Positions 34,680-48,049 of a DNA stretch of 64,000 nt are shown one piece after another. Source of the DNA: Octopus sinensis (taxonomy: Eukaryota); contig NC_043026.1 in NCBI RefSeq assembly GCF_006345805.1, forward strand, positions 806,001 through 870,000, written 5' to 3'. The notes under the pieces were generated by a model. The model was not told where the DNA came from and ran no database searches. It saw nothing but the letters and a program-made list of their open reading frames with translations. The position numbers and the translations under genes were made by a program. Every line of letters begins with the position of its first letter. Positions within the stretch are counted from its first letter, which is position 1.

Positions 34680-34880
34680 AGTGCAAACAAGGGAGTCAGA
34701 GAAAGGCAGAATGCCACTTATATCTGAACACTATACAAATATTCCTTAAAAAAACTTTTCTTCTAATTTTTCTAAATTTAATTATTTAATCGTTACAGTT
34801 GAAAAGGTCTCAAAATGACCGAAACCGGTACTGAAATGTTCTTTATAAAATTATTTAGCATTTTATATTTGACTTGTTTT
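34680..34880 (+). mobile_element. Penelope-like terminal remnant containing a minimal hammerhead motif
   Basis: CAG-TTGAAAA-GGTC-tcaaaat-GACC-GAAA-CCGG-TA-CTG at 34796-34833. Confidence 0.6.
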
Positions 34881-34892
34881 TTCATATATATA

Positions 34893-34937
<45 letters not shown>

Positions 34938-35115
34938 GGGGGAGGGGTTAGTCAAACAGATCGATCCCAGTACTTTTGAAATTTGGTAGGTGTTCTATGA
35001 GCATTTGTTTTTATGCCTGGAAATCCGAAGATATGGTGGTCATATTTGGAACTCCTTTTATCATAGGTTTTCTGAATATAGTCTGACAGAACACAATAAC
35101 ATACTGGAGAGTGTG

Positions 35116-35162
<47 letters not shown>

Positions 35163-35237
35163 TGTGTGTGCATAGCAGTGCTACTGGTGTGTTTGTAATA
35201 TAGTAGTAGTAGTAGATGGTGGTGGTGGTGGTGGTGA

Positions 35238-35273
<36 letters not shown>

Positions 35274-35544
35274 CAGCAGCAGCAGCAGTAGCAGCGGTGG
35301 TGTTAACAACGATGGCAACAATCACAAGGGGCAACATACTGGATGGTGTAGTCTTAGTCCATGTCAGAAAAATTGCTTAGAGGAATGTAAACAAACCAGC
35401 ACTGGTTACCAAGTAAAGTGAGAGACTAACACTGACACAAAGACACACAGACAATATACTAATAATGATCGGCACAATGCCAGCAATTTTTAGAAAAGGG
35501 TGCCAGTGGCACATAAAAGGGCACCATTCGAGGGTGATCGTTAC

Positions 35545-36415
35545 CAGCGTCACAGTCGACTAGATCAACCCCAGTACACAACTGGTACTTAATTTATCAA
35601 AGGTGGCGAGCTGGCAGAAACATTAGCATGTCAGGCAAAATACTTAGCAGTATTTTGTCTGCCGCTACGTTCTGAGTTCAAATTCCGCCGAGGTCGATTT
35701 TGCCTTTCATCCTTTCGGGGTCGATTAAATAAGTACCAGTTATGCACTGGGGTCGATGCAATCGACTTAATCCGCTTGTTTGTCCTTGTTTGTCGCCTCT
35801 ATGTTTAGCCCCTTGTGGGTAGTAAAGAAATAGGTACTTAATTTTATCAACCCCGAAAGGATGAAAGGGAAAATCAACCTCGGCAGAATTTGAACTTAGA
35901 ATGTAAAGACTGACGAAATACCACTAAGCATTTCGCCCGGTGTGCTAACATTTCTTATTTCTTTATTGCCCACAAGGGGCTAAACACAGAGGGGACAAAC
36001 AAGGACAGACAAAGGGATTAAGTCGATTACATCGACCTCCATGTGCATAACTGGTACTTAATTTATCAACCCCGAAAGGATGAAAGGCAAAGTCAACCTC
36101 AGCAGAATTTGAACTCAGAACATAAAGACAGATGAAATAGTGCTAAGCATTTTGCCCGGCGTGCTAACGTTTCTGCCAGCTTGCCGCCTTTATAATAATA
36201 ACATTAATCTTTTCTACTCTAGGCACAAGGCCCGAAATTTTTTTTTGAGCAGGGTGGCAGTCGATTAGATTGACCCCAGTACACAACTGGTACTTAATTT
36301 ATCGACCCCGGAAGGATGAAAGGCAAAGTCGACCTCGGTGGAATTTGAACTCAGAATGTAGCGCCAGACGAAATACTGCTAAGCATTTCGCCCGGCGTGC
36401 TAACGACTCTGCCAC
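35545..36415. mobile_element. Cluster of family C SINEs in both orientations
   Basis: Plus copy ~35600-35833; minus copies ~35835-35950, ~35950-36190 and ~36200-36415. Confidence 0.88.
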
Positions 36416-36639
36416 CACGCTAATAATGAAAGAAAGAAAATGAAATAATAATATAGAAGTGAAAATAGAAAAAATTTTTGAGATGAAAATTTGGTGTGAA
36501 ACACTTCGTCTCGTGTTGTATATCTAGACATATTGATTCTTGTGAAAAATCTCGACTGATTACGAAATGGAAAGGCAAGGATTAAGGTGAATTGGTACAC
36601 ACAACCTACACAGAACCTCGACCACTTCTGCTGTCAATA

Positions 36640-37330
36640 CAACAAACAAACAAACAAACAAACACTACCACTGCTAACACCAGCATCATCACCACCACCA
36701 CCAGCACCACCACCATCACCAACACAACCACTATCATTACCTCCACCACCATCGCTACTACTACTATCACCCCTCGCCACCACCACCACAACCACCAACA
36801 TCACTACCATCACCACTACCACCACCATGACCATTACAACTACTACCTCCACCACCACCACCACCACCACCACCACAACCATCGTTACCACTACCCCCAC
36901 CACTACCACCACCACCACCACCAGTGTTACCACTACCACCACTATTTCCACTACCACCACTATTTCCACCACCATCACCACTACCACTACCACCACCATG
37001 ACCATTACAACTACTACCCCACCACTACCACCACCACCACCACCACCACTAGCCATCGCAGACTACAACTTTATTTCAACAACCCCACTGCTATCCTCAT
37101 CATTGCCACCACTACCACCATCACCATCACTGCCATTACCAACACCAAAACCATTGTTATCCGCAGGATCATAACCACCTCCAAAAACTATTACCAACAC
37201 AATACCAAAATCACCAGATGACTGCAACTACCACCATGACATTAACTGTTCCCCTTCTACTCCTAACATGACCACCACTACCACCAGCAGCAACACCACC
37301 TCCACCACCACCACCAGCAATGCAGCCACC
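36640..37330. repeat. (ACC/ACT)n degenerate triplet array
   Basis: Direct inspection. Confidence 0.9.
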
Positions 37331-37884
37331 CCCACACCAACCCTCACAATACCTCTATATCCTAACCATCACCTTTTTCACTCTCTCTCTCTCTATCTCA
37401 CTCTCACCATTGGCACAGCCATCATTATAAACAAACACTACAACAAGAAACCAACAGGGGGAGCCTCCACGTAGTCCTTTCATCCGCTAGAGCTAGCAGC
37501 TAAATGCCCTCGAATGATACATAGTCATCTAAAATAAAGACGGACACAGTGTACAGTGTAACCCGCAAAATATAAAAAAGACCTAGAATAAGGTGATTGA
37601 GAATGGCCGTTTGGATGCTGGCGATTTGGTACAGATAACTGGACATGCATCCTGTTTGGGTGGCTGTAGGTTGTAGGTTTTAGCACTGGAGGCAAACACA
37701 CTCTCACACATACCCATATATGCATGATGGTGCAGAAATGTACACCTAGAGCGAGAGAGGAGAGAGGGAAGGGACATTGCACATACATACAAACATAATG
37801 CGTACAAACAATCATACATACATACAAACATAACACATACATACGAACATATGTATGTATGTATGTATGTATGTGGTGGTGTAA

Positions 37885-38145
37885 CACACCATACTAATCA
37901 TATCTGTCGGGCATGTGGAAGTGAGTGTAATTCGGCTGGAGGACTTAAACGACATGCAAAGGTACATGAAGCCCAGTTACAACTACAGCCGGCTATTACC
38001 AGTAAAGGTTTTAGTTGCCAATTCTATACAAAACATTGTAGATCTTTAGCTGGGCTAAAAAGTCACCTTTGATCACAGCACCAGTAACAGTTAAGCTTCG
38101 TGCAATGGCCATACTCGATAACAAGAGGGCAGCCATAATAATAAT
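37885..38145 (+). mobile_element. LINE (RTE-type) 3' end with C2H2-like zinc-finger remnant
   Basis: HICRACGSECNSAGGLKRHAKVH...CRSLAGLKSHL* followed by a short UTR and (TAA)n tail. Confidence 0.72.
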
Positions 38146-38399
38146 GTATGTATGCCACCCACCCCTGCCAGGGATATGGTGAAGTCCTAGGACTGCAGCA
38201 CAGAAGATTATGAAGAGACAGCTGAAGAGTTCAACTGAGCCAAAGGTGTTTCTTACACTGATGGTGAGCGGAGGAATCCTAAAAGATCAACAATCCAGAT
38301 CACCAAGCTTTATCAAGAGAGTAAACTGTAACACAGCCATAGGGGTGGCATCTACGGTTGTACAATCAGCTAATTAAGAATTCATTGTGAACTCATGTT

Positions 38400-38951
38400 C
38401 CAGATTCACATAGGAATAAGAGAATTGAGTGGTGACAGATGAGTGATCTGAAAGATCTGCCATGAGTGTCACCTTTCGAAATGTGGATAAAATTCATCAG
38501 TTTGAGCATGAGGCTTGTTAGAGGACAATAAACAATGTTTTGAAGCATTTGAGAGAAGACATATGATGAAAGCAACCGGATCCATGGGGTGCAATGAACT
38601 GGATTCTTCACCGAGCTCTCATCTTAACATTACTCACCAAAAGCAACATGGTATCACTTCCACACCCACCCTATTCACCAAATTTAGCACTTGCGGACTT
38701 CCACCTCTTCCACAAGATGGAAATGCAGCTCAAAGGTCACTGTTTTAACACGGTTGTCGAGACCCAGAGTAAACAGCAGAAGGTCTTTGACTTGCTTATG
38801 CAAAATAACTTCCAAAAGTAGCAGGAATGCTTGGACGAGTCCATCACTGCACAAGGTGACAATCTCAAAGGAGATGATGTTAAAACTTGGGTAAATAAAT
38901 TATTTTTTATTAAACATAACTAATCCTGGAACTTTTTGATACCACCTCATA
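38400..38951 (+). mobile_element. Mariner 3' fragment with right TIR
   Basis: LPHPPYSPNLALADFHLF (YSPDL motif variant); terminal GGAACTTTTTGATACCACCTCATA. Confidence 0.85.
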
Positions 38952-38994
38952 ACTCTATTAGAAGCACAGAAATAATGTCCTGGTTTCTTTGACA

Positions 38995-39290
38995 TATACA
39001 GGCTGTCCCCGCCAGAAACTAACATAATTTCGGAGTCTCATAACAAAGCCATTTCTCACTTAAATTATCTCAAATTTTAACTAATTCTGGATCAGGCATG
39101 CCAGTAATAATGGCAATGTGCTGTTGAAATGGCCACCACGGTTAGCTGACTTGACACCTTGTGATCTTTTCTTATGGGGTTATGTAAAAGGACTTGTCAA
39201 ATCCCTATTCTTCTTACAGCCCCAGAGAAACTCAAGCAAGGAATCAATGGAATGCGAGAAAATGTTATTCAAGACATGTTACAGTGTGTT
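38995..39290 (+). mobile_element. Tc1/mariner-like element, left TIR and deleted transposase fragment
   Basis: TATACAGGCTGTCCC terminus; WPPRLADLTPCDLFLWGYVK motif. Confidence 0.75.
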
Positions 39291-39515
39291 TGGCAGGGAG
39301 GTCGGTCCGTCGCAGGTGAGCTGCAAGATGCAAGAGGAAAGAGTGAGAGAAAGTTGTAGCGAAAGAGTCAGCAGAGGTTCGCCATTACCTTCTGTCGGAG
39401 CCGCATGGAGCTTAGGTGTTTCGTTCAAAAACACACACATCGCCTGGTCTGAGATTCGAACCCACGATATCTCGACCGCAAGCCCACTGCTCTAACCACT
39501 AGGCCATGTGCCTCC
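39290..39515 (-). mobile_element. Family D-related SINE
   Basis: CTCTAACCACTAGGCCATGTGCCTCC head; GAAAGAGTGAGAGAAAGTTG body. Confidence 0.75.
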
Positions 39516-39645
39516 ACAGCCAGCTGAGTGGAGTGGACCGATGTGAAGTGAAGTGTTTTGCTCAAGAACACAACACATTGCCCAGTCCAGGAATTGAAAC
39601 GACAGTCCTATGATCATGAGTCCAACACCCTAACCACTAAGCCAT
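39516..39645 (-). mobile_element. Family E SINE head
   Basis: GCTCAAGAACACAAC...GGAATTGAAAC...CCTAACCACTAAGCC. Confidence 0.7.
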
Positions 39646-39799
39646 ATGTGCTCTCCCCCACTGACACACAGACAGACAATACAGTAACTGATTAATTGAT
39701 GGGCCAGAGAATCCATTTGTAATTGTGGAGAATGAGATGTAAGAGGAAGCAGTGAACGAGATGAAGAAGACATTGGTGTTCATCTGTTTTCTCTCATCC

Positions 39800-41200
39800 T
39801 TATCTTGTGTGTGTGTGTGTGTGTGTCTGTGAGTGTGTGAGTGCGTATGAATGCATATCAGCGAGTGTGTGTGTGTGTGTGTGTGTGTGTATGAGTGAGT
39901 GTGTGTGTCTGTGTGTGTGAATGTGTGAGTGCGTATGAATGCATATGAGCGAGTGTGTGTGTGTGTGTGTATGTGAGTGAGTGCGTATGAATGCATATGA
40001 GTGTGTGTGTGTGAGTGAGTGTGTGAGTGCGTATGAATGCATATGAGCGAGTGTGTGTGTGTGTGTGTGTGAGTGAGTGTGTGAGTGCGTATGAATGCAT
40101 ATGAGCGAGATGTGTGTGTGTGTGTGTGAGTGGTGTGTGAGTGTTATGATGTATGGAGTGTGTGTGTGTGTTTGTGTGAGAGTGAGTGTGTGAGTGCGTA
40201 TGAATGCATATGAGCGGTGTGTGTGTGTGTGATGTGGGTGAGTGGTGTGTGTGTGTGTGTGTGTGTGAGTGTGTGTGGTGTGAGTGTTTTGTGAGTGCGT
40301 AATGCTATGAGTAGTTGTGTGTGTGTGTGTGTGTGAAGTGTGTATGCGATGAATGCATATAGTGTGTGTGATGTGTGTGTGATGATGAGTGCGTGATGGA
40401 ATGCATAGAGCGAAGTGTGAATGTGTGTGTGAGTGAGTGTGTGATGCATGATGCATATGAGCGAGTGTGTGTGAGGTGTGTGTGTGAGAGTGAGTTTGGT
40501 GTAGTGCGTATGACTCATATGAGCAGTGTGTGTGTGTGTGATTGTGTGTGTGTGTGGTGAGTGTTGTGTGTGTAAGTGTGATGGTGTATGTGTGTGAGTG
40601 AGTTGTGTGGTATGAATATGATCGAGTGTGTGTCTGTGTGTGTGTACAGTGATTGTGAGTGCGTATCAAATATGAAGTGTCATTAAATTGTATGACGAAT
40701 AAAATGTGTGTGTGTGTGAGTGTATGTGTGTATGTGTGTGTGAGTATGTGTGTGTGAGTGAGTGTGCATGCGTATGAATGCATAGCGATGTGTGTGTGTG
40801 TGTGGAGATGTTTGTGAGTGCTAATAATCATATAGCGATATGTGTGTAGTGTGAGTGTGTGGTGTGTGTGAGTAGCTTGTGTGTGAGTAGGTGTGGTGTT
40901 TGAGTGAGTGTGTGAGTCCGTCTGACTGCTATGGCATCTTGGGCATGTGTTCTGTTATGAGCCCGTGGTGCAGACCATATGCCTTGTTGTGTGTGTTGTT
41001 GTGTGACGTGTGAGTGAGTGTGTGAGTGCGTATATATGATAATGAAGTGTGTGTGTGTGTGTGTGAGTGACTGCGTGTGGGAGTTGTTTGTGAGAATGAT
41101 GCTGAGTGTGTTTGTGGTGTGTGTGTTGTGTGTGGTGTAGGCGCATGAGTTTGATAGTGTTGTGGTGTGCATATGAGTGTTGTGAGTGCGCGAAGTGTGA
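39800..41200. repeat. (TG)n-derived minisatellite with unit core GAGTGCGTATGAATGCATATGAGC
   Basis: The core recurs about 8 times between 39838 and 40210 and then decays. Confidence 0.9.
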
Positions 41201-41531
41201 AATCTCAGTAAAGTGGAAGCTTTATGCGTGCGTATGAGCGAGGCAGGCCCTGTAGTTTATAGTCCGCATGTGTGTGCATACACGTGTGCGGAACACTGCG
41301 TATGCGTATGTAAGTGTGCAGCAGTGTATGTGCGTGTACATGTGTGGAAATGTGGATGTGTGTCTGTGTGTACGTACATATGTCAATATATCAGTACTCC
41401 ATTTGGAACGAAGAAATGTTTGAACATAGATAAATCTTTTGACATGTATGTGTCTATATGCATGACCTACATAATGCATAATAATACATATACATAGATG
41501 TGTATACATCATACAAATATATATATATTTA

Positions 41532-41940
41532 GGCGTCAGAAGTGGCTGCGTGGTAAGTACTTGCTAACCAACCACATGATTCTGGTTTTCAGTCCCACTG
41601 CTGGCATCTGGGCACGTGTCCTTCTGCTTACACCCGGGCCAACACAATCCTTGTGAGTGGATTGGTAGACGGAAACTGAAATAATACCGTCGTAATATAT
41701 ATATATATATTATAAGTGTATGTGTTTTTTTTTGTCTAATATATTCCCCCTAGCATGCTTGACAATGCTGTGTATTTACGTCTCCGTCACTTAGCGTTGT
41801 ACAAAATAGACCGATAGAAATAGTAAATAGGGCTTCAAAGAATAAGTATATTCTGGGGTCGATTTACTCGACTATAAGCGGTGCTAGCATGGCCGCATGT
41901 ATAAATGACTGAACAAGTAAAAGATAAGAGTAAGAGTAAA
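41532..41940 (+). mobile_element. Family A SINE with many 1 bp indels
   Basis: Full-length alignment with scattered single-base losses. Confidence 0.85.
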
Positions 41941-41999
41941 GATATATATATATGTTGTATATATATACATATGCATTCATAGAAGATATATATGGTATC

Positions 42000-42386
42000 T
42001 TTTCTTTTTACTTGTTTTAGGCATTTCAATGTGGCCATGCTGGATCACCACCTTTGTTGAGCATATCGACCCCACAGCTAATTCTGTGTAACCTATTACT
42101 TATTCTATCGGTCTATTTGCCGAACTGCTATTACGGGGACTAACCCACCACATCCGCATATTGTCAAGCGATGTATGGGACAAACAACGTAACACACATA
42201 CATACACAACATGTATATATATATATATATATACGACAGCTTCTTCCAGTTTCCGTCTACCAATCCACTCGCAAGGCATTGGTCCGCCCGAGGCTATAGT
42301 GAAGACACTTGCCAAGGTGCCAACGCAGTGGGCTGAACCCATGTGGTTGGTAAGCAAGCTACTTACCACACAGCCACTCCTGCGCC
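42000..42386 (-). mobile_element. Family A SINE with many 1 bp indels, tail-to-tail with the previous copy
   Basis: Ends CAGCCACTCCTGCGCC. Confidence 0.85.
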
Positions 42387-42399
42387 TATACATATATAT

Positions 42400-42435
42400 G
42401 TATGTATGTATCTATATGGTATATAATATATATAT

Positions 42436-42489
<54 letters not shown>

Positions 42490-42561
42490 TTATATGGTCT
42501 ATTAAGTTAGACATGGCCTGGGCCACTACTGGCCAAAACCTTCTAAGTTATTCTAAGTTAT

Positions 42562-42617
<56 letters not shown>

Positions 42618-42924
42618 ATATAATATATATAATTATATATATATGTATATGTATATGTATACATATATATATATATATATATAGATATATATATATATAT
42701 ATATGTATTAAGTACGTATCTATTATACACAATGCGAGACATATCCATGAAGGGGTTTAGATATGTACATAGACACATGTTACATACATTAACTACAGAG
42801 AGAGAGAGAGACAGTGAATTGATATATATTATATGTATATACATACATATATATAACATATATATATACATATACATATATATACATATATATATACATA
42901 TATATATATATACATATATAATAG

Positions 42925-42957
<33 letters not shown>

Positions 42958-43170
42958 GGAAAGAAAGCGAGAGATACATGGAGACAGAGCAACAGAGAAT
43001 GGTTGAGAAAGAGATGCAGAGAGCAGAGAGGTATCTGTGTAAAGAACGCTAAGTAGTTTAATGGTTGATGCCTGGTTTGAATACCACCGGTGAATCATTT
43101 CAGAATTTTTCCTTGAGAAATGTTTTGTTTCCAAATGTATATCGATTCAATCTCTAATACATAGACATAC

Positions 43171-43214
<44 letters not shown>

Positions 43215-43679
43215 ATAATGACATATGATGAGTGTGTGAGGTTAAGAACGGCGGTAGGGGGTGGTGATGTGTCGAGTAGGTATGTATGTGTACCTAGGTA
43301 AGTTAAGTGTGTGTGTATGTGTGTGTGCACATGTGCTTATGTGGATTTCTCTTTCAATCTGTGTATGTATGTATATATTTTATATATATATATCTATAAT
43401 ATATATATACTATATGTATATATATATATATGTATATATATATATTATGTATATATATTATATATAATATACTATATACATATATATAATATATCATATA
43501 TATATACATATATATATATAATATATATATATACACATATATATATATATACATATATATACACATATATATATATAATATATATATATACACATATATA
43601 TATATAATATATATATAATACACTATATATATATAATATATATATATATATAATAGACATATATATATATATATTATAC

Positions 43680-43711
<32 letters not shown>

Positions 43712-43785
43712 TATATATATATATATATCATATACATATATCTATCTATTTATCTCTATCTATATATAATATATATATATATCCG
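42400..43785. repeat. (TA)n-dominated microsatellite blocks
   Basis: Direct inspection. Confidence 0.88.
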
Positions 43786-43799
43786 AATCTTTATACATT

Positions 43800-44065
43800 A
43801 TCATCATCATCATCGTTTAACATCTGCTTTCCATGCTAGCATGGGTTGGACGATTTTGACTGAGGGCTGGCGGACCAGGTGGCTGCACCTAGCTCCAATC
43901 TTGATCTAGCAGAGTTTCTACAGCTGGATGCCCTTCCTAACGCCAACCACTCCGAGAGAGTAGTGCGTGCTTTTACGTGCCACCGGCATGAGGGCCAGTC
44001 AGGCGGTACTGGCAATGACCTGACTCGAGTCTTTTTACACATGAAACCGGCACAGGTGCCAATAA
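43800..44065 (-). mobile_element. Family B retroposon
   Basis: (CAT)nCGTTTAAC...CAGCTGGATGCCCTTCCTAACGCC. Confidence 0.87.
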
Positions 44066-44071
44066 GGCGAC

Positions 44072-44109
<38 letters not shown>

Positions 44110-44194
44110 AAGACATATAACTACACATGCACACATGCATTCTCACATGCACACACATACATACATATTTATAAACTACAAAAATATATATATA

Positions 44195-45375
44195 CGTCCA
44201 GAGACGTGAGGACCAAAGAACTGAGGTATTTCGGATTGCAAGACAGTGTGTGAGAGAAAATTGTGATGTCACAGGATAGAAATGTGTTCAAATGGAGGAT
44301 GAGGCACTTGCTTTTAGTGATGGTGAAAAGAAAGAGGCTTGGTGAAGCCACTATGAAAGACTGCTGAATGTGAAGAATGTGTGTGTATATGTTTGTGTAT
44401 CTGTGTTTGTCCCCCTAGCATTGCTTGACAACCGATGCTGGTGTGTTTACGTCCCCGTCACTTAGCGGTTCGGCAAAAGAGACCGATAGAATAAGTACTG
44501 GGCTTACAAAGAATAAGTCCCGGGGTCGATTTGCTCGACTAAAGGCGGTGCTCCAGCATGGCCGCAGTCACATGACTGAAACAAGTAAAAGAGTAAAGAG
44601 TAATGGGAGGAGAGCCTGCCAAGTGTTGACCCATATAGATAGCTCCCTAGTAGACAAAACAATTAAGGGTATGAAGCCAAGAAAAACCTCAGGCCCATCA
44701 GAATCACTGCTGAGATGCTTAAAACATCTGGTGGAGTGGGCTACAGCCTAGTCACCCGCATTGTAAACCAGGTAGTTCATGACGGAGTCTTACCCAACGA
44801 CTGGCGTAGCAGCACCATAGTCAACTGTTACAAGGGTAAAGGTGATGCTCTAGATAGAAATAACTACAGGGGTATCAAACTGCTGGATCAGGTAATGAAG
44901 GTCATGGAGAGGGTCATAGCCCAACTCATCAGGGAGAGAGTTTGCATAGATGAGATGCAGTTCGGTTTTGTGCCGGGTAGAAGCACCACTGATGCCATAT
45001 TCCTGGTTCAACAACTGCATGAGAAATACCTAGCTAAAGATAAACCCCTATGCTTTGCTTTTGTGGATTTGGCAAAAGCCTTTGACAGGGTCTCCCGATC
45101 CCTTATCTGGTGGGCGATGCGGAAACTGAAGATTGACAAATGGTTGATAAGGGCTGTACAGGCCCTATACAGAGAGGCCGTTAGTAAGGTTAGGATTGGC
45201 AACGAGTATAGTGAAGAATTTCAGATAGAAGTAGGGGTCCACCAAGGTTCAGCCCTTAGTCCCCTTCTATTCATCATAGTCCTTCAGGCAATAACAGAGG
45301 AATACAAGACGGGTTGCCCCTGGGAGCTCTTCTATGCTGATGACCTGGCCCTCATAGCAGAATCACTACCAGACA
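44195..45375 (+). mobile_element. RTE-clade LINE internal fragment (reverse transcriptase)
   Basis: ORF 44715-45380 contains YKGKGD...NYRGIKLL, QFGF..GRSTTDAIF, FVDLAKAFDRV, GVHQGSALSPLLF and YADD; interrupted by a SINE at 44379-44601. Confidence 0.93.
44379..44601 (+). mobile_element. 5'-truncated family A SINE inserted in the RTE fragment
   Basis: RTE text resumes at AATGGGAGGAGAGCC after the SINE tail. Confidence 0.88.
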
Positions 45376-45409
45376 AATGAAGTGAGTTCATGGCTCATGG
45401 AACGGCCTG

Positions 45410-45848
45410 CTGTGCTAACCTTGGATCGTAGAGTGACCCGCTGTTCTTGAGGAGACTTATTGAGTCAAGTATGTTAACACCAACATCAAAATGAAAATCA
45501 AATGGAAATTGTAGTTAAGATACCCGTGCTGGTGACATGTTAAAAGCACCGTCCAAACGTGGCAGATGCCAGTGCAACCTGACTGGCAGGCGTGTCGGTG
45601 ACACGTAAAAGCACCAACTGATTGTGGCCATTTGCCAGCCACCCTTGGCCCCTGTGCCGGTGGCACGTAAAAAGCACCCACTACACTCACGAAGTGGTTG
45701 GCATTAGGAAGGGCATCCAGCTGTAGAAACACTGCCAGATCAGACTGGAGCCTGGAGCAGCCTCCTGGCTTCCCAGACACCGGTTGAACCGTCCAACCCA
45801 TGCCAGCATGGAAAACGGATGTTAAACGATGATGATGATGATGATTGA

Positions 45849-45851
<3 letters not shown>
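45410..45851 (+). mobile_element. Family B retroposon, longer copy
   Basis: Several TGGCACGTAAAA(A)GCAC motifs and a (GAT)n tail. Confidence 0.85.
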
Positions 45852-45884
<33 letters not shown>

Positions 45885-46019
45885 TATATATATACATATA
45901 GTAATTGTGTGATTGAGCAGACTATCATATGTTGTTATACATCATTGGTCACAATGCATTTTGCATCGTTTTAGCCAACATTCACCCTTATCAGAAAACC
46001 AGTCCATTGTAGGGTCGGC

Positions 46020-46150
46020 CCATTTACAGCTGAGTGGCCTGGAGCAATGTAAAATGAAATGTTTTGCTCAAGAACACAATGTGCAACCCGATCTGGGAAC
46101 TGAACCAGCTATCTAGCAATTGTGAGTACTACTCCTTAACCACTAGGCGT
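46020..46150 (-). mobile_element. Family E SINE head, degenerate
   Basis: GCTCAAGAACACAATG...CCTTAACCACTAGGC. Confidence 0.6.
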
Positions 46151-46151
46151 A

Positions 46152-46182
<31 letters not shown>

Positions 46183-47210
46183 ATTTGAGCGCACTTTGTA
46201 TGTTTGCACCTCTATGTATGTATGTATGTATGTATGCATGTATGCATGTATGTATGTATGTATGTATGATTGTATATGGTATGTATGATGTAATGTATGC
46301 ATGTATGAATGTATGCATGTATGTATGGCAGTATGTATGTATGTATGTATGAATGTATGTTATGCATGTATGTATGTATGTATGTATGTATGGTATGAAT
46401 GTATGTATGTATGTATGTATGTATGATGTATGTATATATGTAATGTTGCAGGTATGTATGTATGGTATATGCATGAATGTATGTATGAATGTATGTATGC
46501 ATGTATGAATGTGTATGTATGCATGTATGTATGTATGTATGTATGTATGTAATGAATGTATGTATGCATGTATGTATGTATGTATGTATGTATATATGTA
46601 ATGCATGTATGTATGCATGTATGTATATATATATGTATGTATGCATGTATGTATGCATGTGTGTATATCTATATGTATATATGTATGTATGTATGCATGT
46701 ATGTATGTGTGTATGTATGTATAAATGGATGTATGTATAAATGTATATATGTGCATGCATGTATGTATGTACATGTGTGTCCAATTGTATGCATATGTTT
46801 GTATATGTGTATGTGTATATAGGTTCATGTGTGTGAGTGTGTGCGATTGCCTTCGAGTATATGTGCATGTGTACATGTGTATACACACACATGCATCTTA
46901 TATAAATATAATAGTTCGTTTCTATCAACTTCCACCATCACAACCACCACCACCACCACCACTTCACACTCCTCCACTCTAATCATCATCATCATCATCA
47001 TCATCATCGTCATTATCATCGTCATCATCATCATCATCACCACTACCGTCACAGACTCCCATGACGACGACCACCACCACAACTACCATAACAACAGCAA
47101 TGATGACACCAACAACCACCACTATAACTGACATGATAAGAAGCCATGACACCACCATCACCATCACCATCATCATCATCATCATCTCCGACACCAACAA
47201 CATCACTGAT
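46150..47210. repeat. (TATG)n followed by (ACC/ATC)n arrays
   Basis: Direct inspection. Confidence 0.9.
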
Positions 47211-47269
47211 ATTTTTTTACACCACCGCCATAGAAGCAGCTGAGAGTAGGCAGCGCCACCAAGTGCCAG

Positions 47270-47700
47270 CCATCATTTCTCCTTCTTCTTCTTCTTTTCC
47301 TTCTTCTACTCCTTCCTCTTCTTCTTCTTCTTCTCCACTTCTACTTCTTCCTCTTCTTCTTCTTCGGTCTTCTTCTTCTTTGTTCTTCCTCTTCTTCTTC
47401 TTCTTCCTCTTCTTCTTTCACTCGTCCTCCTCCTCACTCTCCTTCTTCTTCTCACTCTTCTTGTTCTTCTTCTTCTCACTCTTCTTGTTCTTCTTCTTCC
47501 TCTTCTCCTCATCGCTCTTCTTTGACTTGTTTTTTCCTTTGACTTCTTCCTTTTCTTCCCATCCTCTTCTCGCACCCCCTTCCCTCCTCATCCTCCTCTT
47601 TGTTGTCATTCTTCTCCTCCTCCTCCTCCTCCTTCCTCCCCTCCTCTTCCTCCAGTTCCTCCTCCTCCTCCTCCTCCTTCCCAGGCTGCTTCTCTTCAAC
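47270..47700. repeat. ~430 bp polypyrimidine (CTT/CCT)n tract
   Basis: Direct inspection. Confidence 0.9.
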
Positions 47701-48049
47701 ATGTCCTTGATGCTGGGTTTTTCGGCATGGTATTGCAATGATGGAATGGCGTATTCTGGTATCATAACTACATCGATCGATGTGTGTGTGTGTGTGTGTG
47801 AGTGTGTGTGTGCATGTGTGTGCATACATGTGCATGTGTGTGGTGTAGCTGGCATCTTGCAGCTCGATGATGACGATGACGACGATGATGATAACGATGT
47901 GTGTATATATATATATATGTATGTATATATTATTATATCTTATAATTCCATATTATGAGATATGTGTGTGTCCATGTGTGAGTGTGTGTGTGTGTGTGTG
48001 TGTTACGAAATGCATGAGTGTTTGTGTGTATATATATATATACACATAT

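Noticed and set aside
37575-37685. Minus-strand exon candidate after tgcctccag
   Set aside because: The donor (AG|gtcttt) is poor and there is no protein similarity I can recognise.
37851-38072. Host C2H2 zinc-finger gene
   Set aside because: It is followed by a short UTR and a (TAA)n tail and matches the Cys/His motif at LINE ORF C-termini, so it is treated as a retroelement remnant.
47146-47958. 270 aa hydrophobic or Arg/Glu-rich ORFs
   Set aside because: They derive from a (CTT/CCT)n tract and have no splice or start context.
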